NCBI RefSeq assembly: GCF_018977255.1 | Contig: NW_024704769.1 | Span: 1,674,001 to 1,738,000 of the forward strand | Direction of reading: 5' to 3' | Source of the DNA: Callorhinchus milii | Lineage: Eukaryota | Length of the DNA stretch: 64,000 nucleotides | Shown here: in pieces, positions 42,601 through 53,500 of the stretch | Layout of the letters: the number at the start of each line of letters is the position of its first letter | Numbering within the stretch: the stretch's first letter is position 1 | Notes under the pieces: model-generated | The model's input: only the letters and a program-made list of their open reading frames with translations | The model's database searches: none | What the model was told of the DNA's origin: nothing | Program-made: the position numbers and the translations under genes

Positions 42601-43927
42601 AAATCCTAGAAAATTCGATTTAATCAATAATCTACACTGCGCACGTGTAATTTAACGCAGCTGTTAAGTGCGCATGCGGCGATGGCTCAGGACTTAACTT
42701 CCCGTGGTTCAAGGCCTCCAAGGGCGGGAGTGATGGAGGGTAGGGGAGCGAGCAGAGTTACGAATTAGCAGGTGATTAATACGAGCCGCGTGAAGAAATC
42801 TAAGCGGTTTTGATGGGAAACTGACCGGGACTCGGGTGAGTGTACGATTCAGGCGCTGAGACGGTTTATAAAGATGAGACTTGTGCAAGTTTTACTCTTA
42901 ACACGTTTTCTCTCTCTGCTCGGCTGCTTCGAGGTTTAATTTGGTTTCCCTGTGAACCTCACACCTTCTCCATTCCCCCTGAGGAGTGAGGGAGGGAGTG
43001 ACTGACTGAGCGAGCGCCTCACACCTGCCGTGGTCCTCTCTCTCTCTCCCCCTCAGTTTGGTTGAAAGGAGGGGTCAGTGGAGGAAGGAAGCGGAAGAGA
43101 GGCGGAGAAACATTCCTGATCCAAGTATGCCTCCGGGACACACCAGGATGCCAGAGAAAGAACGCTTGGAAACGCTAAACTCCCTTCAACAAAGTAGGTC
43201 CAGCGCAGTGGGGTCCTGTATCTCAGTGGTTACAGGACTCGCTTCACAAGCGAGAGGACCCGGGTTCAATTCCGGGCAAAACCTTAAGTCTCCTTAGTCC
43301 ACGCGCCTCTGTTTACCGGCAGTCAGTAGGAACCCAGTTGTTAGTCGGTTGGCGGATCACTTTCCCGGGGGTAATAATCCCTTCAAAACATAATAATAAA
43401 TAATTTGATCACTCAACCCACGGCTGTTTGTGGGGATCCCGCTGTGCGCAATTGGCTGCCACGTTTCGCCCAGGAAATACACGGTCACTACACTTTACAG
43501 TGTATCCTGTGAAGCGCTTTGAGTTGTATCGACGACGTGATTAGGTGCTGTATCAAATCGAAGGACTACTATTATTATCAGCATTTTAAATAATACAAAA
43601 TAACTTCTAAAGTAAATTAATTGTAGTTAATTAATCGATCCCACCAAATACACAGTCATTTCACTTTACGGTATATTCTGCTCTGAAGCGCTCTGAGACG
43701 TCTCGAAGACGTGATAAGGCGCTATATCAAATGTAAGTATTATTATTATGTGTTCTTACCCACTAGCCCAGCACCAACTGACGAAACAGTTATTGATGTT
43801 CCCTGTACGTGTGGACACGATCAGTATGAAGAATAGGCGGACGGAGCTGGAGAGAAAGCTCGCAGAGATCGAGGAGGCCATCAAGATCTTCTCACGCCCC
43901 AAAGTCTTCATCAAAATCAACGCTTGA
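39601..43927 (+). CDS. ENKD1: Enkurin domain-containing protein 1, complete spliced CDS (7 exons, 1104 nt, 367 aa)
   Basis: In-frame join. Matches human ENKD1 hallmarks as recalled: M.EGPSRI.GPIPPD, KDHEKENLRR.REIQ, AHSRCG, PDP.MPPGHTRMPE and EEAIKIFSRPKVF. Confidence 0.95.
40140..40364 (+). CDS. ENKD1: ENKD1 coding exon 2
   Basis: RGRLEGNGPQL...LERGQKGTVGMLLQLEGVSLYGESPPK. Confidence 0.94.
40745..40917 (+). CDS. ENKD1: ENKD1 coding exon 3
   Basis: KEPKDHEKENLRRMREIQRKC...SKVMAQLQ. Confidence 0.95.
41508..41660 (+). CDS. ENKD1: ENKD1 coding exon 4
   Basis: EFLPPKHPESHHSYLKAHSRCGTGL...EPAIAE, phase 0/0. Confidence 0.88.
42078..42247 (+). CDS. ENKD1: ENKD1 coding exon 5
   Basis: IQVKGVNVDFVRRNAQNAKR...KGHLPQY. 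Confidence 0.93.
43057..43193 (+). CDS. ENKD1: ENKD1 coding exon 6
   Basis: LVERRGQWRKEAEERRRNIPDPSMPPGHTRMPEKERLETLNSLQQ. Confidence 0.95.
43211..43578 (+). mobile_element. Dominant tRNA-Ala SINE, full length (ENKD1 intron 6)
   Basis: Complete head, body and tail with (ATT)n-like end. Confidence 0.88.
43767..43927 (+). CDS. ENKD1: ENKD1 coding exon 7 (stop)
   Basis: QHQLTKQLLMFP...LERKLAEIEEAIKIFSRPKVFIKINA-stop. Confidence 0.95.
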
Positions 43928-45412
43928 CCGACTCAAAATCAAGGTACACTCCAGCGATTTGCTTTGTCTACTTTTCGACCGCGCCTTTGGTCACCTTCCT
44001 CCCCCTCCCCCTGGGCTCGGTCCCGGGATCTGTTACTGTAAAGCGCTCTGAGACGCCGTCCGGCGTGGAGGGCGCTATTTAAATCCGAGTTGTTGTTGTT
44101 GCTGTTGTCCAAAATGTCCGGTTTACCCCCACGATGTGGGAGTGAAGTTCTTTGGCTCAGTGGTTAGAGCTTTCGTCTCGAAATCGAGAGGACCCGGGTT
44201 CGATTCCCGGGCGGGTCAGGGTGAAACCTGAGGCAAGTTTCCTTACTGCGCACACAGACACGCACACACACACACACACACAGTCACACAGACAGACAAA
44301 CACACACACAAACTGGAGCGTGTGGCCCGTCTAGTGGCTGCGAGTAGGTATCGCATCACCATAATAATAATAATAATAATAATCCTTGCATTTTGATAAT
44401 TCACTGTAAAGTGCATTCACCTGCAGTTTGGGAGCTCCTTCCCTCTCTCCTACCACCAGCACAAACAAGATCAGGTGGTCTCCAGTGGCCGGTTCGTGTA
44501 CCCTCCAGCGAGGTCCTGCCTTGACTCCCAGGGTTGTGATATATCATTATAACTTGGCTGTACAATTGGCCTCTATATTGTGGATTTTAACTGGAGTCTA
44601 ACCATCTAAACCCACACACAGCTCCGGCCATTGATGTCGCTGTCTGGCCGAGCTTTCCCGCTGCTTGTCCGGCTCGGACCCCCCTCCCCGTTAGTTAGGG
44701 CTTTGGCTGTGGGGTTAACAGGAGCTGAGGGGGAGGATTCCCGGCCCCCAGTGACTGGTCGGCCCTTCCAGGTCCTGCCCATGAGCCGGGCCGGGCTGTG
44801 CCCTGGGACACTGCGGCCCCTCCCGGCTCAGGAACCGGGGGTTAGAGACCGTCACGGAGGGGGGGGGGGGGGGCGATTCCCACATTCCGTTTGTTTGTGC
44901 GGAGCGGTTTCAAAGAAATGCGGAGTTTAACCGCACCTTATAATTTCCCTTCTTTATCTAAATGTATTTGGCTGCTCCCCTAATCAGTGTTTGTCGCCAA
45001 TTGTGGGCACAGATTAACGGTTGCATTTGCCTCCATGACGGCACTTCCAGATCATCACATTCTGCAAAGCACTTTGACGTGAAAGGCGCTGTGCAAATGT
45101 GGTGTCTAACCTCGCTGGCCTCACGAGCGAGAGAACCCTCGAAGGGTGATAATCCTGTCAAAAATAATAAAAGAAAATAATAATAACTTAGTCGCCAAGT
45201 CCATGACTGTTTGTGGGGCACTGCTGTGCGCAATTGGCTGCCGTGTTTTGCCCACAACATCCACAAGTCAATTCATTTTACCGTATATTTTGTGAAGCGC
45301 TTTGAGACATCTCGAAGACGTGATACAGCGCTGTATCAGATGCGAGGATTATTATTATTATGTAAGTCACTGTTAACCTGGTTCTGTATTTTTCTCTGTC
45401 CTTGGTTGTCAG

Positions 45413-45594
45413 GCTGTGGACAAGCTGGAGAAAATGTGGGACATGTGAGAGATGCGTCTGAAAAGAGATGCCATCAGTCAGGCTTCCTGCTCCCTGCTCC
45501 AGACGTCCCCGAGTCTTACCGCAAATATGTAAATAAATCAACTGACAAAACTATTTTTAATATCACTGTAATTCAAATAGATCCATGTAATAAA
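45413..45594 (+). other. ENKD1: Putative terminal 3'-UTR exon of ENKD1
   Basis: Pyrimidine-tract CAG acceptor at 45412; AATAAA at 45532-45537 and 45589-45594. Confidence 0.5.
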
Positions 45595-47010
45595 AACGTT
45601 TTTTTTTTTAAGTTCAACCTATCGACTCTCAACAGTGGACGGGTTCGTTCTTTCAGCAGCGCGAGGAGATGACGGAGATCAGTGTCGGTCTTTCTGGGAG
45701 TTGGGGTCAAGAGGGGTGGAGGGCGAGGGGGGTGCGGGAGGGTGGCTGAAGGTTCAGTCGAAGAGAGAGGTCTTTAGACGGGACTTGAAGGAGGGAAGAG
45801 AGGTGGTGAGGTGGAGGGAGCGTGGGATAGAATTCCAGCGTGTGGGGGCAGGGAGACTGAATGCCCGACCGCCATTGGTGGGGCGGAAAGTGCGGGGGGG
45901 CCCTGGAAAGTGTTCCTGCGTAGTAGATACTCAACGAGGAGAGGAATACGGAATCCCTGTAGCTCAGTGGTTAGAGCCGTCGCCTCGCAAGCGAGAGGAA
46001 CCCATTCCCGGGCGGGCGGGCGGGGCGAAACGTTGGGCAAGTTTCCTCACCCCCCCCACACGCACGCCTCTGTTTACCAGCAGTAGGTAGGAACCCGGTC
46101 GTTAGTCAATTGGCGGATGGCTTTTTGGGGGTAAGTAACCCTTCAATTTTTTTTTAAATATTGTAATTTGTTCGCTCAATCCACGACTGTTGGTGGGTCA
46201 CAGCTGGGCACAATTAGCTGCCACGTTTCACAACAAAATATAGTCATTCACTTTACAGGATACTCTGTGAAGCACTTTGAGATGTGTCAACGACGTGCTA
46301 AGGAGCCACAGATATAGAAGGATTATAAGATTATTTATTATAGCTGTGTGTGAGCAGGAGTCTGTGGGAAAATGCTCGACAGGATGAGGACCAAGTTGGG
46401 GAAATGAATCCTATTGATGCATTTTCCTGCCCGGCAATTAAGATTTTGTGACCGAATAAACATTGTCTTCTTTTCCCCCACCCCCACCGCCGACCGTCTA
46501 CAATGTCAGCTCAAGTGTTGCCAAGTTTCTAACATTCTCTTCAGCCTTGGCTTGCCGCCCAGCTTCTCCGCGAAAGTAGTAAGTGTACAAGTCTGATGAT
46601 AATAATAATAATCCTTCCATTTGATGCAGTGCCTTATCACTTTGCCGCGATGTCTCAAAGCGCTTCGCAGGAATGTGTATTTTGTGGACGAAACGCGGCA
46701 TCCAATTGCACACAGCGGTGTTCCCCCCCCCCCCCACACACACACACACACACACAAGCCGTCGTGGATCGAGCGACTCAAAATTATTATTATTATCGGG
46801 ACTTTTTAAAAAATTTTAATTATCACCCGCGGAAAGCGATCTTAATAATGATATTACTACTATTATTATTATTTACTGCCAGGTAGACAGAGTGTGTGGG
46901 AGTAAGGAAACTTGATTTAAGGTGTCACCCTGCCCTGAACGGGGCTGGGAATCGAACCCGGATCCCTCTGGGTTACCGAGGCGAGCGCTCTAACCACTAC
47001 ACTACACGGG

Positions 47011-47165
47011 GGGGGAGGAGCAACCCCACCGCGTCATAGGCGCCAGTGGGAGGAGCCCCCATCCGCGTCATAGGCGCCAGTGGGAGGAGCCCCCATCCGC
47101 GTCATAGGCGCCAGGGGGAGGAGGAGCCCACAATCGCGTCATAGGCGACTGGGGCGGGGGAGGAG
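47011..47165. repeat. 34-bp tandem repeat, 4 copies
   Basis: CGCGTCATAGGCG at 47030, 47064, 47098 and 47135. Confidence 0.92.
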
Positions 47166-47483
47166 CTGGCGTTGGGCTACTTCGGGGCGGTTTGGGCGGA
47201 CCCGCTCGCGCCGCCTCAGTTCAAACCCGGCGGACGGTTGGGGACCGTTGGCTGGCGGGTGTGCTGCGCATGCGCGGGCCTGTCATCGTCGTCATCCCTC
47301 CTCCTCCTCCGCCGCCGCCGCCGCCATCGGCGACGCGACGCTTTCGTGGCGACAGGAGCCCAAACAAAACAATGGCGTCCTTTCCCGGTTGCTGAGGAGG
47401 GAGGGAGGAGGGAGAGGGAGGCTCAAGCTGAGGCCCGGGGGCCGCCATTTCCTGTGTATATTAGCGACCGAGCGACCGCCGCC
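47011..47483 (+). promoter_or_regulatory. POLB CpG-island promoter and 5' UTR
   Basis: CpG-rich and TATA-less; 34-bp array with CGTCA half-CREs, NRF1-like TGCGCATGCGC 47265-47275, YY1-like GCCGCCATTT 47441-47450. Confidence 0.65.
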
Positions 47484-47544
47484 ATGAGCAAGAGGAAGGC
47501 CCCCATGGAGAGCACCAATGAGGGCATCACTGACTTCTTAATCG
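47484..47544 (+). CDS. POLB: POLB exon 1
   Basis: [20 protein letters not shown]. Confidence 0.96.
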
Positions 47545-50500
47545 GTAATGAGGGGGGAGGGGGTTAATGGGGAGGGAGGGGTTAATGGGGAGGGAGGGGG
47601 TTAATGGGGAGGGAGGGGGTTAATGGGCAGGGAGGGGGTTAATGGGCAGGGGGGGAGTAATGGGCAGGGGGTTAATGGGGAGGGGGTTAATGGGGAGGGG
47701 TTAATGGGGAGGGGGTTAATGGGGAGGGGGTAATGGGGAGGGGGTAATGGGGAGGGGGTTAATGGGGAGGGGGTAATGGGGAGGGGGTAATGGTGAGGAG
47801 GTAAAGGGAAGGGGGTTAAATGGGGAGGGGGGTAGTAATAATAATAATAAATAATAATAATAATCTTTGCATTTGATCCAGCGCCTGATCACGTCATCGA
47901 GACGTCTTCACAGAATATGCCGACTACACAGAAGTGTAGTGACTGTGTATTTTGTGGGCGAAACGGGGCAGCCGATTGCGCCCGGCGGCGATCCCCCCCC
48001 TCCCCCCCACTCACCACAAACAGCCGCGGGCTGAAGCCACCGATCTATTGTTGTGGTTTTTTTTTCTTGAGGGATTATTACCGGACGCGCGCCCACGCGT
48101 GCGGAGTGAGGAAACTCGCCCAAGGTTTCGCCCGCCCGGGAATCGAACCCGGGTCCTCTCTCGCTTGCGAGGCGAGCGCTCTAACCACTGAGCTACAGGA
48201 CTCTGCAGCTCGTGTACTGTCCCGCACCAGGCTTCGCGCCCACATCACTCCCACCCTCGCCCTCACCCTCACCCTCGCTCGCCTCCACTGCTCCCCATCC
48301 CCCAGAGGATCGATTTCAAGATCCTCATCCTCACCTACACGGCCATTCACGGCCTCGCTCCCTCCTACCTCTCCGACCTACTATCCCCCTCCCTACCTGC
48401 CCGTACCCTCCGTCCCTCCGGCTCCGGTCTGCTCCACACCCCCCGCCCCAACCGCCCGACCATCGGTGGCCTTCAGCCTCTCAGCCCCGAGGCTCTGGAA
48501 CTCTATCCCCAGTGCCTTCGCCGCTTCCTCCCTTTCCTCCTTCAGGGCCGGTCTCAAGACCTCTCTCTTTGACCTTCAGCCTTCAGCTCCGCTCTCGACT
48601 CTCTACCCCCTCCTCGCTCCCTCCCTTCCCTCCCCTCATCCTGACCATTTCCCCCCATTGCTCAGGTCCTGACCCAACTGTACAGCGCCTCGGGACGTCC
48701 TCCCGACGTGAAAGGCGCTCTGTAAATGGAATGTTGTTGTTGTAATGAGGGAGAGAGGGGGGTAATGAGGGAGGGAGGCGAAACCCTTACATTTTCTCTC
48801 CCGCCCGAACCCCACACAACCCCCCTTCCCTCAATCATAATAATAATCATAATAATCCTTGCGTTTAATGCAGCGCCTCGTCTGAAAGCATTTCACAGAA
48901 TAGATTGTAAAGTGTAGTAACTGTGTTTTAGCGATGTTTCCTACATTCTGCTGGTAAACAGAGGCGCGCGTGTGTGTGGAGAAAGGAAACTTGTCTAACG
49001 TTTAGAAACAATAACAGAAATAACAATAATAATAACAGAAATAAAATAATAATAATACAATATACAGGCAATTCCCTTTATAGTGTATTCTGTGAAGCTC
49101 TTTGAAACGTCCCGAAGACGTGATCAGGTGCATCAAATGCAACAATTATTATTGATAGCAGCAACAACAGAAATAGTAACAACAGAAATAATAAAGATAA
49201 TAACAGAAACAACTATAATAATAATAGCAACAGCGGGAATAATAATAATAATAATCAATGCAGAAATAATAACCATATAATGTGGGGGGGGGGGTTATGA
49301 GGGATTACAGCCCCCCACCCCGTATTGTCTGCCCTCACACAGACACCACACACCCTCACCCCTCTCACACACATCACTATTTCACATTATTATTTTTATG
49401 ATGATTGTTATTGTTAATATTTCTGTGATTATTATTACTGTTATTATTTCTGTGATATTACTGGAACAGGTATGTATATGTGGAGTCCTGTAGCTCAGTG
49501 GTTAGAGCACTCGCTTTGCAAGCGAGAGACCTGAGTTCAATTCCAGGCAGAGGGCGAAACCTTGGGCAAGTTTCCTTACTCCACACAGAGCCTAATAACA
49601 ATCCCTCCAAAACCAAAACAATAATAAATTGGTCATTTTCAATCTACGACTGTTTGTGGGGACATTGCTGTGCGCAATTGGCCGCCGCGTTCGCCCACAA
49701 ATATACAGTCAATTCACTTTACAGTGTGTTCTGTGAAGCGCTTTGGGACGTCCTCCCGACGTGAAAAGCGCTATATCAAATGCAAGGATTATTATTATAT
49801 AATAATATCTGGGGGTGGGGGTTGAGGCCAGGACACTGGGATTCGTTTAAAAAGCAGCTCGATGGGACGCTGGTCTAGGAGGATGAGATCCCGAAGCGCT
49901 TTCTTCAAAGCTAATCAATTGTTGATGAGGCAAATTCTACTAAAGCACATAATCATCAAATATTTGTGACTGAAATGATGCAGAAAATGACATAACACGC
50001 TCCAAAATGGTAACAGATCTTTCGGCCTAACACAGTTCCACATGAGCCTCCACCCTTCCTAATGCCATCTCCATTACCCCTCCATTACCTATTCCCTGAT
50101 GTTTGCATCATGGGTCCACTGAAAACACTTGTTTTGCTTCAACCACAAGTTCCGGCAGATCTCACACTCTCGCCACCCGCTGTGTAATAATAACAATCCT
50201 TGTATTTGATACAGCGCCTCATCACGTCGTTGAGACGTCTCCAAGCTTCACAGAGTATTCTTTAAAGCGTGGTATATTTTGTGGGCAACAGCCAATTGCG
50301 CACAACAATGTCACGCAAACAGCCATGGAGCGAGTAACCAATTTTATTTGGGGGATTTGTTGGCCAGGACACCGGGAAAGAGAGAGAAAAACTCCCTTCT
50401 CTTTTCGAATAGCATCCTAACGCAGATTCTTAGCCAAAGAAAGTGTTCAACGCTTTTCCAATAAAGACAGTGTTTGTTATCCTATGAAGAACATCTTGTC

Positions 50501-53500
50501 TCCCAGGACCTTCTATAATTATGGTTATTATAATTATGCTTTTGCTCAGCAGGACAATGTTGAGCAATTCAGTGTGTAATAAAGGATGTCCACACCCTTG
50601 GAAAGCCTTTATTTCAGTTTTAGCAAAGCTTCTGACCTTGTCATTAGTACGACTTGCATAATTCAGGTTTTATTTTGACGAAGCTTCCAAAGTGTCTGAC
50701 GTCTTCCAAATTCTATTTATTTTTTAATCTTTATCGTAATAATCCCTTCAACAAAACAAAAACAGATAATTTGGTCACTCAATCCATGACTGTTTGTGGG
50801 ACACTGCTGTGTGCAATTGGTGTATTTTACTGGATATACTGGATATAATTAATATACATACTAAATCCTTGCGTTTTAATAATAATAATAATAATAATCC
50901 TTGCATTTGATATAGCGCTTTTCACGTCAGGAGGACGTCCCAAAGCGCTTCACAGAACACACTGTAAAGTGAATTGACTGTATATTTGTGGGCGAACGCG
51001 GCAGCCAATTGCGCACAGCAATGTCCCACAAACAGTCATAGATTGAAAATGACCAATTTATTATTGTTTTTGGTTTTGGAGGGATTATTATTAGGCTCTG
51101 TGTGGAGTAAGGAAACTTGCCCAAGGTTTCGCCCTCTGCCTGGAATTGAACTCAGGTCTCACTTGCAAAGCGAGTGCTCTAAGCACTGAGCTACAGGACT
51201 CCATAATAATCTTTACATTTGATATAGCAATCTTCACATCAGTAAGACGTCTCAAAGTGCTTCACAGGACTTTATTGTAAAGTGTAGAGACTGAGGTGAA
51301 GGTGGCAGCCGTTTTGTTTGAATTGTAATCGACATCTTTTGATTTTGCAGAATTGGCGAACTTTGAAAAGAATGTGAATCGAGCCATGCACAAGTACAAC
51401 GTCTACAGGTGAGTTACACAGTAGGTGTCTGGTGCCTGACACATGCGGAAAACCATCACCGTGCTTAAGAGTCTCCAATCCAAGCTGAGAATTTCATGCA
51501 TCCCACCCTACACATGGAAATTCCTGAGCATTAGGCACAGGTTGGCAGGAGCCAAGGCTTGGGGGGAGCGCCCAGAATGTGTGTTGGGGTAACTGCTGGA
51601 ATCTAACCAGCTAAAACCACATAGTTTGGCCATTGATACCACTGTTTGGCAAGCTTTCCCACTGCTTGTCCAGCTTGGACATCCTACCTATTACTGCTTT
51701 GGCTGCAGGGTTAACAGGAGCTGAGTGTCCTGCCCCCAAGTAACTCGTCGGCCCTTCCAGGTCCTACCGATGAGCCGGGCTGTGCTGCCATCAGCAGTGA
51801 GTGCCCTGGAATACTGCAGACCTGCCTGGCTCAGGAACAAGAATACCTACTACACTTGTGAAGTACTTTGAGGAATTTTCACATGGCAGATTTCACGTCA
51901 GGCAGACGTCTCAAAGCGTTTCACTTGATATACTGTAAAGTGGAATGACTGCATTTTGTAGGCGAATGCAGCAGCCAATTTGCGTACAGCAACATCACAC
52001 AAACAGTGAGTGACCAGTTTTTCAAAGTTCCCGACGCGGGGCCTTGAGCCCACAAACCATTGACCCGGAGAGTGCTACTAAGTGAGCCAGGTTGCTACCT
52101 ATACACACGTGACAAGGTGCTGTAAAAATGTGTTTTTTCTTGGGACGGGAGAATATTTTCATTATCAGCATTTGTTTTTGTTGAATCTGTCTCGTCTCGT
52201 AGGAAAGCAGCTTCCGTTATCGCGAAATACCCAACAAAAATCAAGAGTGGTGCCGAGGCAAAAAAGCTGGTAAGCAGATTGCACTCTCACCATTTCGTAT
52301 GTGATGTTTCCGATGGGTTACTGCCTCAGCCTAATGTTTTCTCAATGTGCCCCAATGTTTGCAGTGCACATTGTCCTGTAGCTCAGTGGTTAGAGCGCTC
52401 GCCTCACAAGCGAGAGAACCCCAGTTCTATTCTGACAGGCTTTTCAGCGCCTTGGGACGTCCTCCTAATGTGAAAGGCCATGCAACTGTAATTTGTTGTT
52501 GTTTTCTGGTCCTGAGCTATTGGACTTTCAACTGTATCGTTTTTCTACCACGTTTTCAGGAGGGAATTGGTGACAAGATTGCGAAGAAAATTGACGAGTT
52601 TCTGGCAACGGGGAAGCTCCAGAAACTGGAGAAGGTACACACACCATGAATTGACTTTCTCTTTTCAAAACTGCCTTCAGCCTCTCTGCCCCCACCCTTT
52701 GGAACTCCATCCCACAGACCCTCCGCCTCGCCTCCTCCCTTGCCTTCTTCAAGGCCCGTTTCAAGTCCCTGCATTTGTCTTGCACCCTCTCTGCCCGTCT
52801 TCAAATCACACCTGAAGACTTTCCTCATCGGCCGAGCGTTCGGTCACTTCCTTTCTCTTTCCAAATTGATGTCAAACCACGCAACGAAAGGCTCTTAAGA
52901 CCTGACCTTGCGTGAAGGGTGCTGTAAAAATTCAAGTCATTATGGTTGTATCACTCATTGATTGCGTGTTACTTTACATTGAATATTCTGTCCTTCCTCT
53001 TGCAGATTCGTCAGGATGATGTCAGTTCATCCATTAACTTTTTAACTCGAGTGACTGGAATAGGGTAAACGTTCATTTATTATTGTGCTGTAATACTTCA
53101 GCGTTCTCTTAGAGTATGTATCAGTCGTACAATTTCTCTTTGGTGAAAGAGAGCATAAGACACTCAACTCAGTTGTGTGTTGTGTCACTCGGTTTGATGA
53201 ATGAGAATGACTAGAATCCAGTGTGGCATTTGATTAATTTCTTGTGTGTCTTTGTCAAGCAATTTGAATGATTTGCCTCTATCCATAATAATAATAATCG
53301 TATGGAGTATAAACACTGGCACAAACTAGTCGGGCTGAATGGCTGTTTCTGTGCTGTACAGTCCATGTAAATCTTTGACTCTAAAGCAGGAGATTAAAAA
53401 GATGGCAGGGAAATAAGTGTTTTTGAAGGGTGCATTTCTCTAACGTCAGAGCAGCTGTGTTTTATTTGTTCTTTATTTTTTTAAACGACAGTTGGGGTTT

